From a virus: a DNA stretch of 64,000 nt. Every line of letters begins with the position of its first letter. Position 1 is the first letter of the stretch. Positions 17,314 through 26,387 of the stretch are shown here, piece after piece. Location: IMG/VR virus record IMGVR_UViG_3300008954_000029, positions 20,663-84,662 of that record; one strand, 5' to 3'. The notes below the pieces were generated by a model, which saw only the letters and a list, made by a program, of their open reading frames with translations, was not told the DNA's origin and made no database searches. The translations under genes were made by a program, and so were the position numbers.

Positions 17314-17637
17314 TTAGTTTCCTTTCTTGATTAGACGAAAAGTGCCGTTCTTCTTCAACTGATAGAACGTATGAGGGAACTCTCTTACCCACGCATTCCA
17401 CTCTCTTTCAGAACCGAACTCCTTGCGGTAGCCGAGAATAACTCTCTTATTCTTCGGGGAGCCTCCCTCGACAAACTGCTTCCAATCCTGAAACAACTTG
17501 ATGATCTTGTTTTGTTTTCTCTTTGGGATGCCAATCAGTTCCAATTGAACCTTGTAGGCTGATTCCTCTTCTTCTCGCGAATCCTTCCAGGCGTATGCTT
17601 CAATCATTTTATCACCTATACTCTTATATAGTATCAT
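17314..17637 (-). CDS. hypothetical protein
   Basis: 107 aa ORF in operon. Confidence 0.55.
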   Translation of the reverse strand: MILYKSIGDKMIEAYAWKDSREEEESAYKVQLELIGIPKRKQNKIIKLFQDWKQFVEGGSPKNKRVILGYRKEFGSEREWNAWVREFPHTFYQLKKNGTFRLIKKGN

Positions 17638-18035
17638 TATTGCCTATTCTCCTCGTCGAACGATCCAAGCACGTATCTCTGAGCACTTGCCCAATCGCTA
17701 AACGGCAAAAGGCCGTGCATTTGTCGCGGATAGGAGGCAAAGAATTGCCGGATTACATTTTGTCGCCAGGTATGTAGCGTGCGATCATCGACCGACCTTA
17801 CGAAATCAATCTCCTTCTTGGTCATTCCAGCTTCTTCAAGATATTCATACTTCTTCTTGCAAAGAAACTCGATATCAGTGTTCATGCTATAAGCGAGCGT
17901 AATGATGCGCTTATTTAGTTCATCAAACACGATGTTCATTTGACCAAAATTAATCAGATTGTGTAGGAATTTGTAAGTGACTGCGCCCCCTACGAACCAT
18001 AGAAGGCTATGAACAAGTTGTGTGCTAATCTCCAT
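17637..18035 (-). CDS. hypothetical protein with N-terminal hydrophobic segment
   Basis: 132 aa ORF directly after promoter. Confidence 0.6.
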   Translation of the reverse strand: MEISTQLVHSLLWFVGGAVTYKFLHNLINFGQMNIVFDELNKRIITLAYSMNTDIEFLCKKKYEYLEEAGMTKKEIDFVRSVDDRTLHTWRQNVIRQFFASYPRQMHGLLPFSDWASAQRYVLGSFDEENRQ

Positions 18036-18042
18036 GTTCTAA

Positions 18043-18071
18043 AGAATAACACAGAGAGGGTGGGTCGTCAA
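18043..18071 (-). promoter_or_regulatory. sigma70-like promoter (probably leaderless transcript)
   Basis: TTGACG-17-TATTCT, ATG 7 nt after -10. Confidence 0.7.
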
Positions 18072-18089
18072 GTAAAAAATGAAATTATC

Positions 18090-18626
18090 TTACTTTTTTG
18101 CTTCGCGGACAAGACGGGCAGCGACGCGACGAGTCAGTTCCTCGACGAGATCTGCGGGGATCTGGCGACCTTCCTCTAGGTCGTCGTCCTCTTGCTTGGC
18201 GGCATAATCGCCCTCTTCCAACTCGTCGGCCCCTTCGAGAGGCTCAACATCAGAGCCAAGCTCAGCCTCAAGTTCGGCGCCGGCGTCCATTGGAACTTCC
18301 TCGGCGGGGGGCTCGCCGCCCTCAACACTGACATCTACGCCAGTCACATCACCGATAGCATCGGCAATGGCGCCGACGAGCGCCTCGACGGTCTCAGGAT
18401 CTACATCAACAGCAGGACCCTCGACTTCCAGGGGAGCAACGTCACCGGTGGCTTCGAGATCGTCGACTTCCGGGGCTTCATCAGCGAGAGCCGCTAGGGG
18501 GTCAACCTCTTCCTCTTCTTCATCCAGAGTATCAACAAAATTCTCCGTGAGGTTATCCAGGGTAGCGAGCTTCATAAAGCGTCGAACGGTGCCCTCGGAA
18601 AGTAGTGGTGATTTGCGGCTGCTCAT
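18090..18626 (-). CDS. very acidic protein, putative prohead core/scaffold-like
   Basis: LLSE leader, many LxE sites, C-terminal LVEELTRRVAARL helix; ACTACTTA upstream. Confidence 0.55.
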   Translation of the reverse strand: MSSRKSPLLSEGTVRRFMKLATLDNLTENFVDTLDEEEEEVDPLAALADEAPEVDDLEATGDVAPLEVEGPAVDVDPETVEALVGAIADAIGDVTGVDVSVEGGEPPAEEVPMDAGAELEAELGSDVEPLEGADELEEGDYAAKQEDDDLEEGRQIPADLVEELTRRVAARLVREAKK

Positions 18627-18665
18627 GTGTTATTTCTCCTTAAAACAATAGCAAGTTGTCATTTA

Positions 18666-18673
18666 TAAGTAGT
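18666..18673 (-). promoter_or_regulatory. putative late promoter ACTACTTA
   Basis: variant of recurrent motif. Confidence 0.55.
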
Positions 18674-18678
18674 CTAAG

Positions 18679-18939
18679 TTAGTCTAAACGGCCGTTATTT
18701 ATTATGCCCTGATTCTTCAATCTCTTCCTCATCTTAACCTTCAAAGAATCCTCAATCTGCTTGACGCGGACAAAACTTATGCCTAGTCTTTCCGAAACTT
18801 GTCGCAATGTCATTCGGCCGTGTTTCGCGACGGCAATGTCGGTACAATTTAAATCTTCCTCAAACTCTATCCATAAACGACACTCTTCGTTCGGACAACT
18901 AACTTCGTGCTTTACGCACGTCTTTGCGCATTCTCTCAA
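18679..18939 (-). CDS. small Cys-rich protein with sigma70 region-4-like HTH
   Basis: five N-terminal Cys then MTLRQVSERLGISFVRVKQIED, matching sigma region 4 (TLxEIGxxxGxSxERVRQIE). Confidence 0.75.
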   Translation of the reverse strand: MRECAKTCVKHEVSCPNEECRLWIEFEEDLNCTDIAVAKHGRMTLRQVSERLGISFVRVKQIEDSLKVKMRKRLKNQGIINNGRLD

Positions 18940-19265
18940 AATGTATCTTCTCCTGATTCTATTAAATCAAATATATTTTCTAATTCATCGTCGGAAAAGG
19001 CGAATTTATGAGCCTCTTCCTTTCCTTTTTCAATTAACTTTAATGTCTTCTCTCTCTTAATACGACTCTGAATCTTATTCTTCTCTTTATAATCTTTGAT
19101 GTATTGAAGAATTAAATCATTGTTCTCTAAATACCCATCGACCATCGCCTTAAAAAACTTAACCTGCGAAAGATCATCGTGCCGAAGACGGATACGAAGA
19201 TCTACGTGCTTCTTCTCTTCAATTACGAAGGTTAAATTCTTATGGTCCTCAGGGTATCTATTCAC
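18936..19265 (-). CDS. hypothetical protein, possible ribbon-helix-helix DNA binder
   Basis: N-terminal beta strand NLTFVI then two helices. Confidence 0.45.
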   Translation of the reverse strand: MNRYPEDHKNLTFVIEEKKHVDLRIRLRHDDLSQVKFFKAMVDGYLENNDLILQYIKDYKEKNKIQSRIKREKTLKLIEKGKEEAHKFAFSDDELENIFDLIESGEDTF

Positions 19266-20317
19266 CGTCTATCCAAGATGTGCGTTGAACTCTCAAACTG
19301 GCCAGCGGCCGTCTGACGGATCAGTTCCGACTTCATCCACAATTGCTGAATTGTAGCCGCCCCACTGTAAGAGAAGCCCGACAGAATGCCGGCTCGGAGA
19401 CCCTCCAAAATACCAGAAGCCGCACCTACGCACGGGACTGTTGTTGAGACACCCTCAGCAAAAGTACAACTTCCCCGCCATTCAGTCTGAGCCTCAGAGG
19501 AAGCCATCCCACGATACACCTTTTGTTGGTGCCCATTCACCCTAACATACTCGCCAGGCGCCTCCTCTGTACCAGCCAGCAGCGAACCAACCATAGCAAA
19601 GTCGGCACCAGCAGCCAAGGCCTTAACAATGTCGCCTGAGTTCTTGATCCCTCCATCGGCTATGATGGGGACATCGTATTCCAGTGCGGCACACTCAGCA
19701 ATGGCTGTGATGTTGGGAACGCCGTGCCCTGTTTGGAGGCGCGTAGAACAGATGCTACCTCCACCGATTCCGACACGAACACTATCGGCACCCCACTCAC
19801 TAAGAGCCCGATAAGCATCTACCGTGGCCACGTTGCCGGCCATCAGATGTACGTTTCCTTGAAACTCTTTCTTCAAGGACTCAATAGCGTCACGCACCAT
19901 CACGTGATGGCCGTGCGCTACATCAATACAAATGACTTCGGCTCCTGCCTCCACCAAGGCCTTGGCTCGTAGAATGTAATCCCCTGTAACACCGACCGCT
20001 GCCCCAATGTGGAAAGGGGCAGTAGCATTTTCCCTAGCATTCTTGACTAACTCTGCCTGTTCCTGTACGGTATTGTATCGGTGTATGATACCTAGGCCAC
20101 CAGCATCCGACATAGCAGTCGCCATTCTGGAACCACATACCGTATCCATCGGGCTAGCGATAATAGGCAGGCTCAGACGAATAAAGTCGTCCAAATCATT
20201 CCCAATGTTTATCTCTGTGCGACTCTTAATCTCGCTGTACTTTGGGACGAGCAAAACATCGTCATAAGTGAGTGCTGGTATGGTCATTGTTGTTCCTCCG
20301 GGCCGTGTTCGGGGCAT
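19262..20317 (-). CDS. guaB: IMP dehydrogenase / GMP reductase family, no CBS domains (probable start MTIPAL)
   Basis: [27 protein letters not shown] catalytic Cys, IIADGG, YRGMAS. Confidence 0.9.
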   Translation of the reverse strand: MPRTRPGGTTMTIPALTYDDVLLVPKYSEIKSRTEINIGNDLDDFIRLSLPIIASPMDTVCGSRMATAMSDAGGLGIIHRYNTVQEQAELVKNARENATAPFHIGAAVGVTGDYILRAKALVEAGAEVICIDVAHGHHVMVRDAIESLKKEFQGNVHLMAGNVATVDAYRALSEWGADSVRVGIGGGSICSTRLQTGHGVPNITAIAECAALEYDVPIIADGGIKNSGDIVKALAAGADFAMVGSLLAGTEEAPGEYVRVNGHQQKVYRGMASSEAQTEWRGSCTFAEGVSTTVPCVGAASGILEGLRAGILSGFSYSGAATIQQLWMKSELIRQTAAGQFESSTHILDRR

Positions 20318-20520
20318 AGGAGGCGAATGTTTCCAGTCTCAAAATCACACTCCACTCTCCAACTATTAACTGTCTCGCGAGTTCGCTCAAAGGGAGCGTC
20401 ACAAACCGTACAATTGGAGGGCATGTTCTGCATGTGTTCCAACTGTTTAGACATTCTTTTAATAGCGTCCTTCTCCTGCTCTCTAGCCTTCCGGCGTCTT
20501 ATCCTTCTTCCTAAGTTCAT
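20284..20520 (-). CDS. small Zn-ribbon protein
   Basis: CTVC ... LCPEH. Confidence 0.6.
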   Translation of the reverse strand: MNLGRRIRRRKAREQEKDAIKRMSKQLEHMQNMPSNCTVCDAPFERTRETVNSWRVECDFETGNIRLLCPEHGPEEQQ

Positions 20521-20966
20521 CGTAATCCCGTTGACCCAAAGCCGCCGTCCCCTCTTTCAGTCTTCTGGTTCAAACAATCCTCCGTCACCTCTTCGATCTC
20601 GCAGGTGATGATCGGAACTAAAACAGCCTGGGCGACTTTCTGGTTTATCTCGACTCGGCGGCAGGTCGTTCCAATATTGTGCAAATTGACGAACACTTCT
20701 CCGTCATACCCGGCATCGACCACGCATGCACCAACCACAAGCTGCTGCCTAAAGGCAATGCCTGACTTGTTCTTGACCTCTAGCATGTGGTTGTCTGGCA
20801 CCTCCACTTTAATTCCTGTCGGGACTAACCTCGTCTCACCGGGGTGGATGGTGATACCACGATCCGTCTCCTTCCCATCTGGACAGTAAAACAAGTCCAT
20901 CCCCGCATCAGTCGGGTGGGCTCGGTGTGGTAGTCTTGCGTTTTCTCTAATCCTATAAACTCTCAT
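20517..20966 (-). CDS. dut: trimeric dUTPase
   Basis: DAGMDL, KSG, VVDAGYDGE, VAQ, RGDGGFGSTG. Confidence 0.96.
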   Translation of the reverse strand: MRVYRIRENARLPHRAHPTDAGMDLFYCPDGKETDRGITIHPGETRLVPTGIKVEVPDNHMLEVKNKSGIAFRQQLVVGACVVDAGYDGEVFVNLHNIGTTCRRVEINQKVAQAVLVPIITCEIEEVTEDCLNQKTERGDGGFGSTGLR

Positions 20967-21667
20967 TACAATGTTCTCCTATGAAGGTCCAAAAACAAAT
21001 CTTTTTGTTGTGTTTCTACAATCTGCGCAGCAATCTCATTTACTGCGTCCTTTCTTGCCTCGGTCGTTCCTCGGTCAGCATCCCACGGAACGTGAATGGT
21101 GTGTACCCCTTGTCCAGTTAGCACACCAACCATGTGATTAATTTCTCGATCTAACTCTCGCAAGTAATTGATGTCAATAACATTCTCACACTTGCGGCCG
21201 GTCTGCGACTCCATCCTGCGACGGATCCTCTCCGCTGCGACCTCTGGGCTCACCACGAGACGCACACATACGCTAGGTAGCAGGACGCTCGCAGTCATAG
21301 CGTGATAGATACTACGGTAAGTCTCAAACTCATTCTCACTCATCGCACCAGTCTTGACTTGTAGGCGCGCAAACGAGGTATCGCCAAAGTAACTTCGGTC
21401 AAGAACGGCGTGACCTTGTTTGTTCATCGCATACCACTGAGCCTGTAAGTGCATCATATAGCGTGCTTGAAGCAAATGAACTTGCATTGTGAACGCCCAC
21501 CTCTCCTGGTTCTGATAGAAGGAGGCGAGGTAAGGATTAGCATTGTCCTTCTCATCCGGCTCCATCAGGGTGAGGGTGTTTTCGCCAAGAGCCTCACCAA
21601 GTTCCCTCGAAAGAGAACTCTTGCCGGCCCCAATCAAACCTTCTACGATTACTACCTTGTTGTTCAT
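20966..21667 (-). CDS. deoxynucleoside kinase
   Basis: EGLIGAGKS P-loop, EP, FTMQ, DRS. Confidence 0.9.
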   Translation of the reverse strand: MNNKVVIVEGLIGAGKSSLSRELGEALGENTLTLMEPDEKDNANPYLASFYQNQERWAFTMQVHLLQARYMMHLQAQWYAMNKQGHAVLDRSYFGDTSFARLQVKTGAMSENEFETYRSIYHAMTASVLLPSVCVRLVVSPEVAAERIRRRMESQTGRKCENVIDINYLRELDREINHMVGVLTGQGVHTIHVPWDADRGTTEARKDAVNEIAAQIVETQQKDLFLDLHRRTL

Positions 21668-22656
21668 CCCAACATCCTAAATGTGTGTCTAATAGATCGC
21701 GTACTAAATCCCCATTGGTCGCTGTAATCCAGCTTAGCCATGTAGGGGTGGTTCAAAATAATCTTATCTCTCGCCAAATTGGCGTTCCAGCACTTGATAG
21801 TCTCAGCGCTACTCGTTGAATCAATAGTCTTGATAATCAAGAAGTTCTTTCCATTCCTCGTCTTCTTCTGAATCACCTCTCTCGGGATAAACCAGGCAAC
21901 CCCCAAGTTATCGTCCCACTCGCCAAGCGGAGGAACCATGTGTTCTTCCAACTTGCGGAGAATGTGTTCGTCCATCACCAACTCAAAGGGAAAAACCCCA
22001 GTCAAATCAACAAGATACTGGATCTTCTCCTCGTCTGTAAACTCTCCTTCGCTCGCATACTTCTTGATGTTTTCAGTGAGGTTCTTTTCCTTTCTTGGAC
22101 GATCAACCGCTACGGCAGTCCAAAAATGCTTCGCCCCACTAAACCTCTCGTCGATGAGAGAGGACAAGGCGCCTGCTCTCGTCAATGCGTCCAAAGCCTT
22201 CTTATTCAGTTTACTATAAACAATACCCTCATTAAAGATAAATTCTTCAACAGTGTTGAAAGGCCTATTCGCAATGATTTGATCAATTGCGGCATCACCC
22301 AAGCCCTTGATTGAAGTGAGAGGCTGAATGAGCGTCTTGTTGTCGGACGCAATCTCCCAAACTCTTCCTGAGGAATTGACGTCAAGCGGTTGTAGCTCAA
22401 ACCCGTACTTCCGCGCCAAGTTAATGGCCTTCTCCTTCCTTCCCTCAGGCTCCTTATCCAAGAAAGCCGCCATCCATTCAGCAGGATAAGAGTTAAACAA
22501 CCAAGCACACTGGAACGACAGCATTGAATAAGAAATGGCGTGACTATTGCTCGTCAGCATCCCATTCGCCAAGTAAAATTGGTGGTCTTTGTGTGCGACT
22601 TCTAGATCGCAAACATCCATTTCCCCTACTTCTTCAAAGGCAATTATCTTCGCCAT
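21664..22656 (-). CDS. dnaE: DNA polymerase III alpha, C-terminal half, preceded by 37-aa C-intein
   Basis: MAKII...GMLTSN then SHAISYS...YPAEWMAA, IKGLG HhH; own SD GGAG. Confidence 0.93.
   Translation of the reverse strand: MAKIIAFEEVGEMDVCDLEVAHKDHQFYLANGMLTSNSHAISYSMLSFQCAWLFNSYPAEWMAAFLDKEPEGRKEKAINLARKYGFELQPLDVNSSGRVWEIASDNKTLIQPLTSIKGLGDAAIDQIIANRPFNTVEEFIFNEGIVYSKLNKKALDALTRAGALSSLIDERFSGAKHFWTAVAVDRPRKEKNLTENIKKYASEGEFTDEEKIQYLVDLTGVFPFELVMDEHILRKLEEHMVPPLGEWDDNLGVAWFIPREVIQKKTRNGKNFLIIKTIDSTSSAETIKCWNANLARDKIILNHPYMAKLDYSDQWGFSTRSIRHTFRMLG
22546..22656 (-). mobile_element. split intein C-fragment (IntC)
   Basis: block F VCDLEV..DHQF, block G LTSN, +1 Ser. Confidence 0.92.
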
Positions 22657-23641
22657 AACATTCTCCCAATTTGAATACGCCAGTTTGTTTATTATCTACT
22701 ATTTCTCTAATTTTGTCAAGAACTTCCTGCCTAATTCTGCCAGTCGAATTAGCCCAGCACACGTATCCGACTCTTATCAAACACTTGTTTTTACCAACAA
22801 CAATCTGCTCAACAAGTTTATCGCGACTGCGCGTTCTTGCAATGCTTTCTTCAATCCTAATGCTGCCTACTTTTTCTTCTCTTCCCAGGTTCTCAAAATG
22901 GAAGGGTCCATCTACTTCAATGTAGATAAGGCGATCTTTGGAGCGAAAATCAATTTGTTTCCTGTCGCTGTGGCCGGCCTCTTCAAATCGAACGGAGCGC
23001 AACATCTTTCCCCACTCAAAAACACCTGAATACTCTTCTTCCAGCCATTCTAACAAGAACTTTTCCGGCTTTGTCTTCTTCCATTGTTTTGGCGCCGCCA
23101 GCATCCTTTCGGTGCATCGTTTTCGGAATTTCCCAGGGTTCTCCCTCCTCCATTTGGCCAGTTGTTCGGCGCGCTGCTCTTGTATGTCCTTTCTTGCAGA
23201 AGTCTTAATCGCTGTTCGCGATGCTCTCTCCCTAAATCCCTTGGTCTTGTTTAATTCTCCAAGCAAGCGCGCACGGCGCTGGCGCTCTTCCGGAGAAGCC
23301 ATAATGCTTGCGGAAACGGCGCGTCGCTGTCGCCTCTTGTAATTCAGAGAGCACGCCTCAATCCCCAATTCCTTTGCTCTCCGTTTGTTGATTTGGTGAA
23401 GTTTGTTTAAATGACTGTAAAGAGAAGCCGATGCATACTCGCAGTAGGGGCACTTTACAAAATCACCAATCTCCAAGGCTTTCGAGGAACATTTCTCGCA
23501 GTTTCTCCGATGGAGGTGAAAAGAGGCCATTGACGGAGGTTCATAGCCACATACTATACAATCTCTAACTCTCTCTCCAAGATCTCCTTGATCGGCAGCA
23601 TCTGACCGCACTTCGTCCTGAACTTGTGGTCCATCGTGCAT
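22634..23641 (-). CDS. free-standing homing endonuclease (Zn fingers + Vsr/DUF559-like nuclease)
   Basis: CIVC..H..C and CPYC..H..H fingers; TKPE..IDF..IYIEVDGPFH..LIRV; overlaps both intein halves. Confidence 0.85.
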   Translation of the reverse strand: MHDGPQVQDEVRSDAADQGDLGERVRDCIVCGYEPPSMASFHLHRRNCEKCSSKALEIGDFVKCPYCEYASASLYSHLNKLHQINKRRAKELGIEACSLNYKRRQRRAVSASIMASPEERQRRARLLGELNKTKGFRERASRTAIKTSARKDIQEQRAEQLAKWRRENPGKFRKRCTERMLAAPKQWKKTKPEKFLLEWLEEEYSGVFEWGKMLRSVRFEEAGHSDRKQIDFRSKDRLIYIEVDGPFHFENLGREEKVGSIRIEESIARTRSRDKLVEQIVVGKNKCLIRVGYVCWANSTGRIRQEVLDKIREIVDNKQTGVFKLGECYGEDNCL

Positions 23642-26379
23642 CTTACTTTTCTCCCATCATCAAGGGTAAATTCGAAAACCTTTTTCACTCCGTTGTGATG
23701 AACTTGCTCGACCGGAATGAAGATGTCTTCACCGGTGTCTTCGTCTCGGGAGCGGACAATGTCTCCTACTACAACGTCGCCAATTTGCTTATCAGCAACC
23801 TTTCCCTTGTCTTTATTATAAATAGTAACCTTTTCAGAAAAAGACAAACATTTGTTGAAGCCGTAGCCAGAGAAGTATTCAAACAGGTCCCAAATCTGTT
23901 GGGATGTTGCGTAATCAATCTTCTTTTGTTCGCAACCGTCAATGAACTTCTTCTTAATCTTATTCTTTTCCTTCTCCACCTCCGCAACACCCTTCTTGGT
24001 CAGCAACTTGCGAAGTTTGTTGCCCTCGTCCAAAGAAATGTTGCGACCCAACTTGTGGGCCAACTCAGCAATCTGCTCTTGGAAGATCAAGAAGCCAGCA
24101 GTGTCTTTGGTTATGTCCTTAAAGACTTGATGGGGGTATTCAACACTATCAGGGTCGCGACGGGCTTCCACATAACTCTTATCTACGCCCGCACTCAACG
24201 GCCCAGGTCGGTAGATGGAGGTGATAGCAGCCAAATCAACCAAGTTCGTCGGCATTACCCGTTGGCATAGTTTTTGCGCACCACTTTCGGTGAATTGAAA
24301 GATTCCAGCCCAACTTCCATCGTGAAAGATGTTTTCATAGACATCTTGATCGTTAAAGTCAATCACCTCCGGGTGGAGATTCTTATTATAAAACTCACGC
24401 ACATCGTCAAATGTGGGATCTGCGATGCCTTCGTGGCGCTTCAAAATGTGACGGATTGCTCCCTCCATCATACGAAGTGATGCGAGGCCAAGAATGTCAA
24501 ACTTAATAAAGCCCATTGGCTCCAAATGCCTGACGTTTTGACCCTCCGTCCAAGGAGTTTGCCTAACACCCTTGCTGTTAATGAGCGGCATACGGGTATC
24601 AAGATCCTCGCCAATCACCACCCCACCAGCGTGCCTAGAACAAGACCGAATCTGTCCGTAAAGAACATTAATGTGAGTCTTGACTTGCGGATACTTCCTG
24701 AGGAAGTCTTGAAGCGACTTACTATACAACATCACTTCTTCAAAAGTAGGCGTATAGACACCAGCCTTGATGCCGTGTGCCTTCTTGGCCTCCGGTGTTG
24801 CCTCATAGAGCATTCGGCCAGTTACGAAATTGACCTCCGTAAAGGGAATGTCGTAGAACTTTGAAATGTCCTTAATAAGGCTGCGAAGTTGAAGAGTATT
24901 CCAGTTAGAAATGGGAACAACAGTCGTGTCGCCCCACTCCTGAATCAGATCCTCCTTCAAAGACATCGGGTCGCTTACGTCGTAGTCAATATCCGGGTAT
25001 CCCGCACCTTCTTCCGTCAGGAATCGCGAAAATTGAAGCTTATACTTCAAAGGATCAACTTGCGTAATCCCCATGACATACGAAATCAGCGAACCAGCAG
25101 CGCTTCCACGCCCAGCCCCAACAAGTTGGTCCTGAACGGCCCTATCAGCAATCGCCTTCATTGTTAGGAAATACTTGGAGAACCCACGCTTCTGGATTAC
25201 CTTGATTTCGCCCTTCAAGCGATCAACATACTCCTTGTTGTCTTCCAGGCCATTGGCTTTCAGGCCATCAACACAATACTGGACAAGCGCTTGGTCAGCA
25301 CTCACGCCATCCGGCACAACAAAGTCAGGAAGGCGAACCTCCGTGTCGGGGAAGAACGATTCCACCCGATCGTGGGCGATTTGGTGTGTGCGAACAATAG
25401 AATCCATCACCAAGTCATCGTTATAAGAGACATTCAACTCGCTGGCGAACCTCTTGTAGGACTCCCACATAGCATCGCCATTCTTTGGGTAGAGTTCGTA
25501 GTCCATGTCATCAAGAGACGCGGGGAGGTCAATGTCGAGCCACTCGGGCCGACGAGCCTTCCCAATCCAACCAAGCCGACGATAAAGTTCGCGGTCCTTG
25601 AACGTGTCTTGCGACGGGAAATGGCTATCGGCCGTCGAAATGAGATCGACGCCCATTTTTTGACACGTCTTAATGATGTATTGGTTTAGTTCGTGCTGCT
25701 CGGGGATGCGATTCCATTGAATCTCGCCGTACCAACGATCGCCGAAGACCTCCTGCATTTGCTGTGTGGTCTTATACATCGCTTGCATAACGGCATCGGG
25801 GCCGTCGTCGCGATTTCTCCAATAATCTTGAGCGTATACGCCGCCAAGACAGGCACTACTCGCAATGATGCCTTCACCATACTCTTTAAGAAGGCGATAA
25901 TCCATACGCGGATAGCGATAGAAGTTACCTTCCTTGAAACTTTCCGAAACCAACTTAAAAAGATTATTAAGCCCGGTTTGGTTTTGGGCCAAGAGAATCA
26001 AGTGGCTACGACGGCGTAGCAAGTCCTTCTTCTCGCCGCGAGTTTCCTCTTCAACGAAAGTCCCGATCTCCTCGTTACGCTTCTCCTTTAGAGCCTCAAC
26101 CTCCTGCTTCCACTTTGAAATGGAGGGAAGGAAGTAGGCTTCGCAACCGAAGATCGGCTTAAAGTCCTTGCCGTCCTTCTGCATCTTCTTGGCGTGCTGG
26201 GCTTGATAGACTAGCCCGTTGGCGTTTCCGTGGTCCGTGAGTGCCAAAGCATCCTGACCGGTCTCCCAAGCATAATCCATGTGCTCACCGGGATAACCGA
26301 GGCCGTCGAAAATGCTCGCATTCGAGTGGGCATGCAGGCCCACGAACTTGACGTGTGATTTAATTCTCTTCTTGCTCAT
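23554..26379 (-). CDS. dnaE: DNA polymerase III alpha, N-terminal half (PHP + polymerase) ending in 98-aa N-intein
   Basis: LHAHS, TDHG, GRGSAAGS, PDIDYD, RHAGG, KFDILG; ends GYGFNK/CLS... Confidence 0.96.
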   Translation of the reverse strand: MSKKRIKSHVKFVGLHAHSNASIFDGLGYPGEHMDYAWETGQDALALTDHGNANGLVYQAQHAKKMQKDGKDFKPIFGCEAYFLPSISKWKQEVEALKEKRNEEIGTFVEEETRGEKKDLLRRRSHLILLAQNQTGLNNLFKLVSESFKEGNFYRYPRMDYRLLKEYGEGIIASSACLGGVYAQDYWRNRDDGPDAVMQAMYKTTQQMQEVFGDRWYGEIQWNRIPEQHELNQYIIKTCQKMGVDLISTADSHFPSQDTFKDRELYRRLGWIGKARRPEWLDIDLPASLDDMDYELYPKNGDAMWESYKRFASELNVSYNDDLVMDSIVRTHQIAHDRVESFFPDTEVRLPDFVVPDGVSADQALVQYCVDGLKANGLEDNKEYVDRLKGEIKVIQKRGFSKYFLTMKAIADRAVQDQLVGAGRGSAAGSLISYVMGITQVDPLKYKLQFSRFLTEEGAGYPDIDYDVSDPMSLKEDLIQEWGDTTVVPISNWNTLQLRSLIKDISKFYDIPFTEVNFVTGRMLYEATPEAKKAHGIKAGVYTPTFEEVMLYSKSLQDFLRKYPQVKTHINVLYGQIRSCSRHAGGVVIGEDLDTRMPLINSKGVRQTPWTEGQNVRHLEPMGFIKFDILGLASLRMMEGAIRHILKRHEGIADPTFDDVREFYNKNLHPEVIDFNDQDVYENIFHDGSWAGIFQFTESGAQKLCQRVMPTNLVDLAAITSIYRPGPLSAGVDKSYVEARRDPDSVEYPHQVFKDITKDTAGFLIFQEQIAELAHKLGRNISLDEGNKLRKLLTKKGVAEVEKEKNKIKKKFIDGCEQKKIDYATSQQIWDLFEYFSGYGFNKCLSFSEKVTIYNKDKGKVADKQIGDVVVGDIVRSRDEDTGEDIFIPVEQVHHNGVKKVFEFTLDDGRKVRCTMDHKFRTKCGQMLPIKEILERELEIV
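23557..23850 (-). mobile_element. split intein N-fragment (IntN)
   Basis: block A CLSFSE, block B CTMDHKF, ends GQMLPIKEILERELEIV-stop. Confidence 0.93.
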
Positions 26380-26387
26380 TCCAATAC

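Noticed and set aside
21664-26379. dnaE as pseudogene, assembly frameshift or group I intron-interrupted gene
   Set aside because: The breakpoints coincide exactly with intein blocks A/B and F/G, the C-half has its own SD and ATG, and there is no non-coding space for an intron core.
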